Origin: an uncultured Lachnospiraceae bacterium | GTDB taxonomy: Bacteria; Bacillota; Clostridia; Christensenellales; UBA1242 | NCBI GenBank assembly: GCA_964541815.1 | Contig: CAZIRI010000003.1 | Coordinates: 156 to 64,155 of the forward strand | Direction of reading: 5' to 3' | Length of the DNA: 64,000 nt | Shown: positions 32,629 to 44,000 of the stretch, piece by piece | Position numbering within the stretch: the stretch's first letter is position 1 | Layout: every line of letters starts with the position of its first letter | Position numbers and translations under genes: made by a program | Notes under the pieces: model-generated | Database searches by the model: none | Seen by the model: only the letters and a program-made list of their open reading frames with translations | Told to the model about the DNA's origin: nothing

Positions 32629-33512
32629 AAAGAAAAAGTGTGATAGCAATTCTTGTTCTGTTTGTTGTTGCGGTTATTTTGGCAATTGTGTTTATTTCCT
32701 TGTTTGGAAACAAAACAACAAAAAAATTGGCAACAGCAATGAATGAAAGTGTTGAAAGTGGATATTTGTCCACAGACAGTGGCGAATATAAAAATGTGAC
32801 GAATGCACTAGAAAAAATTCAGTCCACTGTTGGAACGGCATATGCAACTGAAATAACAATCTATCTAAACACATACAAAGCATATGTTTATGTTGGAGAA
32901 TTTTTCAACGATGAAGCATATTATATGGACTACACGAAGTATTACAAAAACAACCGAAAGAAAGTTGAAAACAAGTTGTCGGACGCACAGGAGTCAATGA
33001 CAAAAATGTCAAATTATGTCAAAGAAAAGGTGACACCTGAATTGACGGGTGACAAGTCATTCTGGCTTGACACAGTTTGGTCAGATTGCAAGCAATATAT
33101 GTATGATTCTTTGAAAGACACAATTGATGCATTCAACATTGCTTCGAATATCTATCAAAAGTCAATCTCTTCAAAGTTGATAAACAACGATTTGTCGACG
33201 GTTGTGTTTAATGCCTTAAAAACTGAATCTTCAAAAGTTTTGGACGATATGACAAAATTGAAAAATGGCGACACATCAACGACGGTGACTGATATAAATT
33301 CAACGAAATTATATGATTTTGCAGAAAGTTGGTTCAAATATGATTCTCCATCATCAAATAGTGGGATAAAAGCAATTTTGAGTTATCAATACAACACAAC
33401 TGAAAACACGCAAACGATTGTTGCAAATTTGCTTGAATATGGGGAACAATCAGAAAGTTATAACAAACTTTTGGGAACAACATTGCGTGACTATGCTTGT
33501 GGAGGTGTGTAA
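32625..33512 (+). CDS. N-terminally anchored extracytoplasmic helical protein, unknown function
   Basis: 295 aa with one N-terminal TM helix. Its ATG overlaps the dnaB stop (ATGA). Confidence 0.55.
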   Translation: MKRKSVIAILVLFVVAVILAIVFISLFGNKTTKKLATAMNESVESGYLSTDSGEYKNVTNALEKIQSTVGTAYATEITIYLNTYKAYVYVGEFFNDEAYYMDYTKYYKNNRKKVENKLSDAQESMTKMSNYVKEKVTPELTGDKSFWLDTVWSDCKQYMYDSLKDTIDAFNIASNIYQKSISSKLINNDLSTVVFNALKTESSKVLDDMTKLKNGDTSTTVTDINSTKLYDFAESWFKYDSPSSNSGIKAILSYQYNTTENTQTIVANLLEYGEQSESYNKLLGTTLRDYACGGV

Positions 33513-34642
33513 TGAAAGTTGGAAATATGAAAATAAAAAGTGTTTTATTGAGTGTTTGCCTTGGATTTTTTGTGATTTTGACATCATTCACTCTTGCAGG
33601 TTGCAGTGGAAAGATAAGCACATTGCAAAAGAGTGTTGACGCAATGAATGCAAAATATGAAAGTTTCAGCACAGTTTTCAAAAAAGAGACTGTGAAATCA
33701 TACGAGTGTGAATTGAGTGAAGTCTGGAAAATTTCCTACGGAAATGAGGTTGACGGATGGGTTGAAGATGGGAAAGAATATTTTTCAGAACTTGAAACTG
33801 ACTATAATGCAATGTTTGCGATTTCCGCAGAATATGTTGAAAAAAACATGGAATATGTTTTGAAAGCAAATCAAAAAGATTTGTCTTCAAAATCAAAAAA
33901 GATTCTTTCAGAATTGAATGACAGTGTGAAAGATTTCACAAAGGAAATGACATCTTTTTGCAAAGAAGTGAGAAAAGTTGATAATTATTTCAGCGTTTCA
34001 GGGCTTGACACATCAAACACTGCATATATTGCGGTGTTAAGTCAATTGAAAGAAGAATATGGTGATTTGATTGAAGACAACATGGAAATTTCTTCAAATT
34101 TGGCAAAAATGCTTGAAAGTATGGGTGTCTTTGACACATTAAAAGAGACTGCGACCACTGGGAATGGTGCAAATGTGAAAGTTTTGTATGATTATATCTA
34201 TGTCAAAAGTTTGCCAATTTTCCACGAACTTATGATTGACGGCTTTGAAGATGAATATTGGAATTCTTATGCAAAAGAAAATCCAAACGACCGCATTGCG
34301 ATGATACTTGACAGCGTCAAAGATTCATTTTCAACATACATTAAAAATTGTGTGAACGGCAGAAATAGTGTTGGCGATATGAATGCAGAAACGCTTGAAA
34401 CAGTCATCTCTATGACAAACGATTTCTTTGATGAAACAGAAAATTATTATATGGCAATTTCAGACTTTGATTTTTCAGAGTTCAAAGATAAAATTGTTGA
34501 AAAATTTGGAAAATACACTTTGCAAGATTACACATCTGAAAATGAATTTGCAGAAAGAGATATAACAAAAATTGAGCAATATGTGAATATAACATTGCCA
34601 AACTTTATCAACAAAACAACAAATTATTTCGAATTGAGTTAG
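33512..34642 (+). CDS. Hypothetical lipoprotein
   Basis: I chose the ATG at 33512 (MKVGNMKIKSVLLSVCLGFFVILTSFTLAGC, lipobox L-A-G-C) after GGAGGTG. It overlaps the upstream stop (TAATG). Confidence 0.6.
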   Translation: MKVGNMKIKSVLLSVCLGFFVILTSFTLAGCSGKISTLQKSVDAMNAKYESFSTVFKKETVKSYECELSEVWKISYGNEVDGWVEDGKEYFSELETDYNAMFAISAEYVEKNMEYVLKANQKDLSSKSKKILSELNDSVKDFTKEMTSFCKEVRKVDNYFSVSGLDTSNTAYIAVLSQLKEEYGDLIEDNMEISSNLAKMLESMGVFDTLKETATTGNGANVKVLYDYIYVKSLPIFHELMIDGFEDEYWNSYAKENPNDRIAMILDSVKDSFSTYIKNCVNGRNSVGDMNAETLETVISMTNDFFDETENYYMAISDFDFSEFKDKIVEKFGKYTLQDYTSENEFAERDITKIEQYVNITLPNFINKTTNYFELS

Positions 34643-34651
34643 GAGAATAAA

Positions 34652-36277
34652 ATGGATTATCAAAAATTGGCAGAAATGCTTTTTCCAGACAATAAATTGA
34701 CGGTGGAAGAAATTGAAAAAAAATATCCACCAAGAAAAGTTGATGCGTCCGCACAAGTGACAAGATATGCTCCAAGTCCAACGGGATTTATGCATTTGGG
34801 GAACTTTTTTCAAGCATTTATCTCTGCGACCGTGGCAAGGATGTCAAACGGAGTTTTCTATTTGCGAAATGAAGACACGGACAAAAAGAGAGAAGTTGAC
34901 GGCGCAGTCGCTGTGATTATGGGGATTTTGTTTGATTATGGAATTATGCCACAAGAATATGAACTTAAAGGTGGTGTGACCGTTGGCGAATATGGACCTT
35001 ATATTCAAAGTGAAAGAACGGAAATTTACAAAGCATATGCAAAAAAACTTGTGAGTGAAGGCAAAGCGTTCCCATGTTTTTGCGATAAAGCGAGCGGAAT
35101 TGAAGAAATAAAGGATGAAAGAGAGAAAAAATTTGCAGTTGGATTGTCAAATGATGAAAAAGATGATTGCAGAAATTTGACAATTGAGCAAATTGAAAAC
35201 TTTTTGAAAGAGGGGCGACCTTATGCTATAAGATTGAAATCGGAGGGGAGTTCAAAAAATAAAGTTGAATTTTTTGATGTGTTGAAAGGAAAAATTAGCA
35301 TGGAAGAAAATTCAAGAGATATTGTTATTTTGAAGAGCGACGGCTTGCCACCATATCACTTTGCACATCCAATTGATGACACTCTCATGGGGACAACCCT
35401 TGTTGTTCGTGGCGAAGAATGGTTGCCATCAACACCAATTCACCTTGAAATATTCAAAGCGTTGGGCTTCCAACCAATTATGTATCTTCACAATCCACTT
35501 GTTTGCATCAAAGAGGGTGAAACAAAGCGAAAATTGTCAAAGAGAAAGGACAAAGAAGCGGATATGCGTTTTTATGCAAAGGAAGGTTATCCAACGGATG
35601 CGATTTGTGAATATATTTTGAATTTGGTCAATTCGGGATTTGAAATGTGGAGAAAGAAAAATCCAAACTTGCCATACACAGAATATCGTTTTGAAGCGTT
35701 GAATGTGACAGCAAGTTCGCCAGTTTTGGATATGAACAAATTGAATGATATTTCAAAAGATGTCATTTCAAGAATGACGGCAGAGCAGTGCTATGAATCA
35801 ATGCTCACATGGGCGAAAAAAGAATGTGTTGAAAAAGTGGATTTTCTTGTTGAAAACAAAGAATATGTGACAAAAATTTTGAATATCGACAGAGAAAAGC
35901 CAAAGCCACGAAAAGATTTGTATAAGTGGAGCATGTTTTTCGATAATTTTGATTATATGTTTGATGGTGCTTCAACAAGCGAACTTGATAAATCGGAAAA
36001 AGATAAATATGAAGAAGTTTTGAATGAATATAAAAATTATCTTGATTTGTCTTCAAAAGAAATTTGGTTTGAAAAAATCAAAAAAATGAGCGAAAAACTA
36101 AAATATGCAACTGACAATGTGTCATACAAAAACAATCCAAACAATTTCAAAGGGAATGTTGCAAAGGTCTGTGAGTTTATAAGAATTGCGATAACTGGAA
36201 GAAAAAATTCCCCTGATTTGTTTGAAATTATGACCTTGCTTGGCGAAGATGAAGTATTGAAAAGAATTTCAAAATAA
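34652..36277 (+). CDS. gltX: Glutamate--tRNA ligase (class I, long form)
   Basis: 541 aa. HIGH region RYAPSPTGFMHLGN. KMSKS-like KLSKRKD. The overall motifs look GltX-like rather than GlnS-like. Confidence 0.75.
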   Translation: MDYQKLAEMLFPDNKLTVEEIEKKYPPRKVDASAQVTRYAPSPTGFMHLGNFFQAFISATVARMSNGVFYLRNEDTDKKREVDGAVAVIMGILFDYGIMPQEYELKGGVTVGEYGPYIQSERTEIYKAYAKKLVSEGKAFPCFCDKASGIEEIKDEREKKFAVGLSNDEKDDCRNLTIEQIENFLKEGRPYAIRLKSEGSSKNKVEFFDVLKGKISMEENSRDIVILKSDGLPPYHFAHPIDDTLMGTTLVVRGEEWLPSTPIHLEIFKALGFQPIMYLHNPLVCIKEGETKRKLSKRKDKEADMRFYAKEGYPTDAICEYILNLVNSGFEMWRKKNPNLPYTEYRFEALNVTASSPVLDMNKLNDISKDVISRMTAEQCYESMLTWAKKECVEKVDFLVENKEYVTKILNIDREKPKPRKDLYKWSMFFDNFDYMFDGASTSELDKSEKDKYEEVLNEYKNYLDLSSKEIWFEKIKKMSEKLKYATDNVSYKNNPNNFKGNVAKVCEFIRIAITGRKNSPDLFEIMTLLGEDEVLKRISK

Positions 36278-36386
36278 TTTGATTTTTGAAAAAATGCAAA
36301 AAAATATATAAAAAATCAAAAAAAACACTTAAAAATCCCTATTTTTCTGGTGAAAAAATATTTTAATAAAAAAATATAATAAAATT

Positions 36387-36424
36387 AAACTTCAAAATTA
36401 TTTCAATTTTTTGAAGTTTTTTAT
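36387..36424 (+). terminator. Intrinsic terminator of gltX
   Basis: aaacttcaaaa pairs with ttttgaagttt in a perfect stem of at least 10 bp, followed by TTTTATT. Confidence 0.7.
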
Positions 36425-36558
36425 TGCAATAAAATGATACTTTTTGCGATTTTTATTATGATTTATATTTTTTCCAAATGAAATAGAGTTAAAATGATTT
36501 CTCTGACAAGAATTTATGTGAGGGAAAATTATATTTGTGTGGAATTTTTGATATTTTA

Positions 36559-36587
36559 TTGACTTTTTTGTTTGTATGAATTATACT
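36559..36587 (+). promoter_or_regulatory. Promoter of the trpS leader
   Basis: TTGACT (36559-36564), a 17-nt spacer, TATACT (36582-36587). Confidence 0.55.
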
Positions 36588-36605
36588 AAAAATATGGAGG
36601 AAAAT

Positions 36606-36644
36606 ATGTTTAGTCCATTCAAGTCTTGGCGTTGGCAAATTTAG
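36606..36644 (+). CDS. Candidate Trp-rich leader peptide MFSPFKSWRWQI (an in-frame leaderless start at 36594 would give MEENMFSPFKSWRWQI)
   Basis: SD GGAGG (36596-36600) lies 5 nt before the ATG at 36606. TGG codons occur at 36627-36629 and 36633-36635. The stop is TAG at 36642-36644. It sits between a promoter and a terminator, directly upstream of trpS. Confidence 0.5.
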   Translation: MFSPFKSWRWQI

Positions 36645-36659
36645 TTGCTGGCAAAATTT

Positions 36660-36768
36660 ATGTTTTGCGAGTGTTTTTTGTTGCGGACAAAACATATTGA
36701 ATGAATTGAAAAATATTCCAAAAGGCTCGATTTGATATGTTTTGATTGTTAAATCGGGCTTTTTTATT
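36660..36768 (+). promoter_or_regulatory. Attenuator: mutually exclusive hairpins ending in an intrinsic terminator upstream of trpS
   Basis: Terminator: GCTCGATTT (36725-36733) pairs with AAATCGGGC (36751-36759), followed by TTTTTTATT. The segment caaaacatattga (36688-36700) can pair either with atgttttg (36660-36667) or with ttgatatgttttg (36732-36744). The second pairing overlaps the 5' arm of the terminator. Confidence 0.5.
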
Positions 36769-36788
36769 GAAAATTAAGGAGAATTATT

Positions 36789-37850
36789 ATGAAAAATATT
36801 ATTTTAACTGGCGACAGACCAACGGGGAATTTGCATATTGGGCATTATGTTGGCTCGCTTCTAAACCGTTTGAAATTGCAAGAGCAGGGGGATTTTGACA
36901 AGTTTTATATCATGATTGCTGATACGCAAGCGTTGACGGACAATGCGGATAGGGTTGACAAAGTCAAAAACAACATCATTCAACTTGCGATTGACTATTT
37001 GTCTGTGGGCATTGACCCCGAAAAAGTGAATATTTTCATTCAGTCGCAGGTGCCTGAACTTGCTGAAATGACGATGTATTTCATGAATCTTGTGACTGTT
37101 TCAAGATTGACACGAAATCCAACTGTGAAAGATGAGATAAAAAGCAAAAATTTTGCAAATTCCGTGCCAGTTGGGTTTATGTGCTATCCAATAAGTCAAG
37201 CGTCTGACATTTTGGCATTCAACACAACACTTGTCCCAGCGGGAGAAGACCAACTTCCAATGCTTGAACAAGCACGAGAAATTGTGCGAAGTTTCAATTC
37301 GACATATGATTGTGATGTTTTGACTTTGCCAAAAGCAATAGTTCCGGAAAATAAGTATCAAGCACGACTTGTTGGGATTGACGGAAATGCAAAAATGAGC
37401 AAATCTCTTGGAAATTGCATCTATTTGAAAGACGAACCCGAAGTGATAAAGCAAAAAATTATGAGTGCATACACTGACCCAAATCACATCAAAATTTCTG
37501 ACCCAGGAAATGTTGAGGGGAATGTTGTTTTTGAATATTTGAGCATTTTTGCGACTGATGAATATTTCAAAAAATACCTACCTGAATATAAAAATTTGGA
37601 AGAATTGAAATCTCATTATCAAAAAGGCGGGCTTGGTGATGTGAAAATCAAGTTGTTTTTGAATGATATATTGCAAGAAATTTTGGCACCAATTCGTGAA
37701 AAGAGAAAAATTTTGGAGCAAAATATTGACCAAATTTATGAAATGTTGTTTGAAAATTCAAAAAAAGCAAGGCTTGTTGCGGGTGAAACTGTGGCAAAAA
37801 TGAAAGATGCAATGGGCATCAATTATGAAAAATTATTAAATAAAAAATAA
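36789..37850 (+). CDS. trpS: Tryptophan--tRNA ligase
   Basis: 353 aa. TGDRPTGNLHIGHYVGSL (HIGH), KMSKSLGN (KMSKS), and IADTQALTDN, typical of this TrpRS subtype. Confidence 0.9.
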   Translation: MKNIILTGDRPTGNLHIGHYVGSLLNRLKLQEQGDFDKFYIMIADTQALTDNADRVDKVKNNIIQLAIDYLSVGIDPEKVNIFIQSQVPELAEMTMYFMNLVTVSRLTRNPTVKDEIKSKNFANSVPVGFMCYPISQASDILAFNTTLVPAGEDQLPMLEQAREIVRSFNSTYDCDVLTLPKAIVPENKYQARLVGIDGNAKMSKSLGNCIYLKDEPEVIKQKIMSAYTDPNHIKISDPGNVEGNVVFEYLSIFATDEYFKKYLPEYKNLEELKSHYQKGGLGDVKIKLFLNDILQEILAPIREKRKILEQNIDQIYEMLFENSKKARLVAGETVAKMKDAMGINYEKLLNKK

Positions 37851-38067
37851 AAATATCAAAAAAAATACACAAAAATTCAATTTTTTCGCAATTTTTGGGT
37901 ATTTTTTTATTGTTTTTTGAAAAATAAATATTTTTGTTTTTTATATTTTCAAATTATTTTAGTCTTCGTGTTTATAAGGGAAAGAAATATTTTGTCGTGT
38001 CCATTTTGCTTGATTATTTAGTGTATTTTGTGATAATATATATTATATAAATATAGGAGACGGACAA

Positions 38068-41000
38068 ATGAAAAGTAAGTCAATTTATACATGGATTGTT
38101 GCGGGAGTTTTTGCACTTGTTGGGGTGCTGGGATTTTTTTCTCTCCAATCAAACAAAACGGATGTTTTTGCTGAAGGTGAGAGTGAGCAAAGTTCTGTTG
38201 GTGTCAATTCGACTGAACGAGGCACTGTGGATGTTTGGGATGGGACATATTCTTTATCGGGGGTGTCTGCCGAGATGATTTATGACGGTAGTGCTGTAAA
38301 TAAAGATTATCATATTTACACTGCCACAGATTTTGCATATTTTTGTGCCATGGTCAATGGTGGGCTTGACAGTGGATATGCCGATTATTCGGGCAAGAAA
38401 ATTTATCTTGAAACAGATATTGACTTGAATGGAAATGAGTGGACACCTATTGGTTCTAATTTAGCTTTTTATGGTGAGTTCTATGGGCAAGGGCATTATA
38501 TATACAATCTGAAAGTGTCTTCCAACACATCTTCTTCGTATGGTTTGTTTGGATATGTTGGTGCTTCAGCTATTATTGACAATGTTCATTTGAGAAATGT
38601 TGATATAAATTGTTCAAAATCTAGCGACAACCTTTATGTTGGCGGGCTTGTTGGTTGCTTTCAAGGAGATATGATTTCAAATTGCTCAGTTTATGGAAAG
38701 ATTGCTTTTTCGACATCAACCACTTCTGGTGAGCCATCTATTGGTGGTCTTGTTGGAATATTTGAAGGCTCGAAATTGGAAAAATCCAAGACTTTTGTGG
38801 ATATGAATGTGAGTGGTGGCGGTGATTGTCGTGTTGGTGGGGTCGCTGGATATGTGAATCACGAATCTGTGCAACTTGGCCAGTTGTCTTCGAGGTCAAA
38901 CATCACTCTGAATTCGAAAGTGAACTGTGTTGGAGGAATTGTTGGATATTTTGATGCATCTAAAGACTCAAAATTGTCAAATTCATATAATGTCGGGGCT
39001 ATTTCGGGCTCTACAAATGTTTCAGAAATTTACATTGGTGGGCTTGTCGGATATGCAATAACAACAAATTCTGATAGCACATTGTCTATTGACCATGTTT
39101 ACAATGCGGGAGAACTTTCTGAGGACGGCAAAACTGGTGGGCTTATTGGACGTCAAAACGCCAACTTAAATATTTCGCAAGCGATGAATTTGACTGAAAT
39201 GTCAAAGGGTTGGTTGTTTGGTGAAGAGAGCAGTGACAAGTCTTGCAAAAAAAAGCAAGTGTATTACACCTACACACCAACTTTTGTGTATGGCGATCAT
39301 TTGACAGAATCTGGAAGTGTGACTAAGACTGCACAAATTTACAAAAATTCAGATTCTGGGGTTGCAAATCTGTCAACTCATGCAAGGCAAAAGAGTTTTT
39401 ATCAAAACGAAAACTTTTGGGATGTGTATAAAGAGAGTGTGACAAATGACAATGTTTGTGGTTCGACAATTTGGGGGCTTTCGTCAAGCATCAATGACAG
39501 TTTGCCATATTTGTTGAATGTTCAAAATGTTGGACTTGCAAACGCTGATACAAACATTTCTGGGGGTAGTAAACCTTTGGGGGTTGGGTCTTTTGAAAAG
39601 CCATATGCGATTGAGACGGCAGGCGATTTGGTTTGGATGTCTTTGAATTACTCCAATCCAGATTATTCAGGAAAATATTTTGCTTTGCAGAATGATATTG
39701 ACCTTTCAGGAAAGATATTTCGTTCAATCAATGGCTTTTCGGGTGTGTTTGATGGCAACGGATTCAAAATTTCGGGACTGACTTTCCCATTGGATGGCAC
39801 GACATCCACAAGTTTGTTTAGTTCGACATCAGATGCGGTCATCAAAAATTTGAAGGTCGAAAATGTGAGGTATTTGAGTGGGACGGGGACAGCAAGTCTT
39901 ATTGACTCGTCAAGTAATGCATACATTTATAATGTAGAAGGTGACAAGACAATCGCAATAACTAATAATTTGACGAATGATAATGTTGCAACAATCAACA
40001 CAAATGGTGGGATTATCTACAAGAGAACTTTTGATGGGAGTGGATACAGCGATTCAGTCATCCGTGGGGAGTTGAGATACACGACCAATTCAGCAGTTGC
40101 CAGTCTTGACCAAAGTTTTATTTGTGATACATTGAAAAAAACGAGTGACATTTCGGCTAATAATTTCAAATATTATGTCGTAAAAACAGGATATTGTGCT
40201 TCGGAAATATCAAACACAAAAGTCTCTTGGACTGCAAAAACAATTTCTGTCACTCTTCAATACAACAAGTATGAAATGGTGATGTATAAAGAAGCGGGAG
40301 ATAATAGTCCAACAGAAGATAAATCTGTGACAAAGGACATTCCTTATGATTCAGTTTTGGGACTTTACTGCTCGGATTGGTTTATGGATTGTGACAGAGA
40401 TGGTGGAAAATACTATGTTTGTGGCTTGTATAAAGATTTTGGTGCGGCTTCATCTTATGGTAAGTGTTTCACAAATCCGCTCACTTGCGACACTTTTGTG
40501 AATGATAATTTTGTTGATAAAACAAATGATACAACAAAAACAATTTATGCAAAATGGATGGCTGTTGGAGATCTTGCGGATGACCAATCATTCACATTCA
40601 CGGTCGTCATTCAAAAGGCGAGCGGTGAGAGTGGCAAATTTAACAATTTGGCAGGAAAAATCGAGAGTGTCACTTTGACTTCAAGTGATACAACAACAAA
40701 ATTCGAATATAAACCAACAGACGAAGATGCAAATGCTGAATCTTTGACCTGCACTTTCAAGATTTTCACAAGTTCATACAGTTTGTCCCGTGACAATTAT
40801 TGGACTTTGAATGTTGCCCTTACTGAAGATGGAACAAAAAATCTTGCCTCAACCGTATCTTTCGAAAAGGGGAAATTTGATGAATATTATGGCGGATTGC
40901 TTTTGGATTGTTATGGAAGTAATTTCCAAGGCTTGAATGAAGTTTCACTTAAAGAATTGGAAATTACACATATTCTCAATTTGAAGAATGATGAAAAAGT

Positions 41001-44000
41001 CAATATTGTTCTCAAAAAGAAAGAATATACGATGAATATCAATATCAGTGACAATGTGTATTTTGCTGTCGCCCCACAAATGATAAGTGACTATAAATCG
41101 AATGCGGGCGAAACTGAAAGTTCATCAAATCCTTCATACACATATCAATATTATGTCGCAACCATAGGCAAGGGACTTGGCAGTGGCAATCAACATGTTT
41201 TAATGGGTGATAAAACGGATAAAACGAAATTGAATATTGGGCTTGATGTGAGAAACAAAACTTTTGTCGACTATCAAGTGGGCAGTGGAAATGCTACTTT
41301 TGTGGAACTTCGTTCGGGATCCTTGGATTTATTGAGTGATTTTGGCACACAAGGTTTTGTAAATGATGGGGAATGTGTCATTTTGGAAGTTATTTACAAT
41401 AATATCTCTGAATATTTCCAATATTATTGTGAAATCACAAATAGCGACACCTATTATTATTTTGCAAGTGCCAAAATGGACGAGAATGAAAATATAGTGA
41501 CGGACAAGTTGATAGCAAAGTGGACTTTGTCGAAAAGTGGCGAGGATTGGGGTGGAACTTTGTCCTATTATGCATATTCACAATTTCAAGTCATTTGTGC
41601 TGTCAGCGCAGAGGATGCGGACGCAGACAATATCATTGGCGAAAAGAATGTGTGTGAAAATTTGTTTTCAAAATATTATGGGGTGAGTGAAGAGACATAT
41701 AAAAAAGTCGATGCTGAAAACACAGTTGGATACTTCAAACTCGGATACAATATAGATGATATAAGTTTTCAAAATGTCATAAAAGAAAAGGATGTTGTTG
41801 AATATGTGAAAGATAATTTTGAATTGAAAGCAATCACTGGATACACAAGCATTGTTTTCAATTACAAGATGATTGTTGAGGATGAAAATGGTGCTTTGAC
41901 ACTCAACGACAATAAATACAAAATCATCACTGATTATGCTCCAACAATTTCCGATGCAAGTAATGTGCTGGGCAAATTTAGTGTTGTTGCAGAGGGGGCG
42001 ACTGGCACGCTTGATTGGAATGTGACATCATCTTTGATGTATCAATTTGCGGATTCGGCTTTTGTTTTTGAGACGAATGTTTTTGTTCGGGATGCAGATG
42101 GGAATGAAGTGACGGGACCTTTTTCAGTGGATAATGACGGTCCTAAATATAGTTCGAGTTTGGATAATGGCTCATATGATGTGTATTTCTTGTGCGTGAA
42201 GACGGAATACAAGGTCTCTGGAGATGTGATTTTCATTCAAAGAACAAATAAGTCAACAAGCGTCGACCTGTTGGATGAAAGTAATCGTGTTGACCTCATC
42301 AAGAGCGGTGCACAGAATTTGCCAACAATCACAATCAATGGCACGTTGACATCAAAGGATAGTGGCAACACTTATAATTATGGATACTATGACTCAACAC
42401 TCTCTGCGACAACAACTATGGAAGGGAATCAAGCATTTGTTTTCAATGGATGGTATGTTGTTGGGTGTGATGAAAATGGAGATGAAGAGGGGAAATATCT
42501 ATCAGGTTTTGGCATCTATTTGGCAAATAATTCTGAGTGGGAAAATATAGATTTGGGGGATTTTTATTATCTTAAAGCGGATGAGAATACTCGAAAAGTT
42601 GTGGTAAGTCCTGAATTTAAAATTTATGCAGTCTACATTTTGAAAGAAGTGACTTTTGATTTTGAGAGAAGTGGTGCAACATTGACGACCACCAATGACA
42701 GCAGTCTATATGTCTACAAATCATCAAAGGCATATCAATTTTCACTGACAGCCAACAGCGATGCAAAATATATCGCTGGATACACATTGAAAAATGGCAC
42801 AAGCGAAATCGCAACAATCAGTTTTGATTGGAATGTTAAAGACGGAAATTCTTATAGGGCAAGTTATGGAACGGGCAGTTCAGTGATTACAAATTTTGGA
42901 ACATTTGTAGGGTTTGAAGACGGCAACAAACTTGCAGAAAAATTTATCATAAATTATATTGACGAATATTTGGAGAAAACAAGCGGGCTGGGTGAGAACA
43001 CGACGCTCACAATTTGTCCTATCGTGAAAAATAAAAAATTGAATATAACTTTCACTTCGGGTGGAGACAAAACTGAGGTGTTAGGCGATGTTTTTGACAA
43101 TAATGGGAATAACACAACTGCCAGTTCATTTGAGCAAACAAGTGAAATTGACGAAGAAGTTTCATTTGTGGGCAAATATAATGAAAAAGATACTAATTAT
43201 GACGACATTTTTTATAAAAGAACTGGTTATAAAAAAGCGTCAATAAGTTGGAATTGGAGTTGGAAAACATCATCGGGAGAAGCATCAACTCCTGGCAACA
43301 ATTTGTATCTCAATGGAAATAAATGGACGGTCACATCTATACCTTTTGCAAATTCAAAAGATGATGAACTTTTGATTGAGATTGAAGTTTATGTCGTTTG
43401 GGAAGCGGAAACTTATGGAATTTCTCTAAAGCAAGACGATGTAAGCGCAAGAGGAACTACATATGTCACGGTCACATATGACAGTGGTTTGAATGGGAAA
43501 ATCACTGCTCCACAAAAAACGGGCTACACTTTTGGTGGCTGGATGACAACAGAAAGTGGATATGTTGAGACAACGGATGAAAACGGCAAAAAAATACAAA
43601 CCGAAGCACCTTGCGTCATTGACGAAAATGGAAATTTGATAGCGGGTGTTGCTGGCTACACAAATGACAAGGCATATTGGATACATGCAAATGCAGTCAC
43701 TTTATATGCGAAATGGACGGCAAATTCATATAATATCACAGTGAATTTGAATAATTCTGTCGAGGAAAGTTCGGTGGCAATCACAACAAGCATTGTTTAT
43801 GACCAAGCATTTTCAACAATGACAATAAGTGATGAGGAATTTGAAAAATTGGGCGTGACAAAAACTGGTGAATTCGATATTTTCACTTATTTGACAAAGA
43901 CGCTTTCTCGGGTTGGCTTCACAAACAAGGGATTGTTGACGGAGAAAGGTAGGAAAATAACAAGTGATATGACATTCAAGATTTCAATGGGCGAAATAAA

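Noticed and set aside
36480-36788. T-box riboswitch upstream of trpS, the expected regulator in Firmicutes
   Set aside because: I scanned both the promoter-proximal and distal parts of the leader. I found no T-box consensus (…GGTGGTACCGCG-like), no AGAGA/GNUGGA-type stem I motifs and no obvious specifier loop presenting UGG. The region is only about 190 nt from the promoter to the SD, and it contains a mini-ORF with two Trp codons instead. A covariance-model scan is still needed.
37858-37908. AT-only hairpin (AAAAAAATAC...GTATTTTTTT) as the trpS terminator
   Set aside because: The stem is almost entirely A-U with a ~30-nt loop, which is too weak to call as a terminator from sequence alone. 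It is kept only as part of the shared-motif observation.
39246-39253. Poly-A(8) tract inside the 18-kb gene (and A7 at 16142-16148) as a phase-variation slippage switch
   Set aside because: Homopolymers of this length are common throughout this AT-rich sequence, including in housekeeping genes. There is no evidence of an alternative reading frame that would be rescued.
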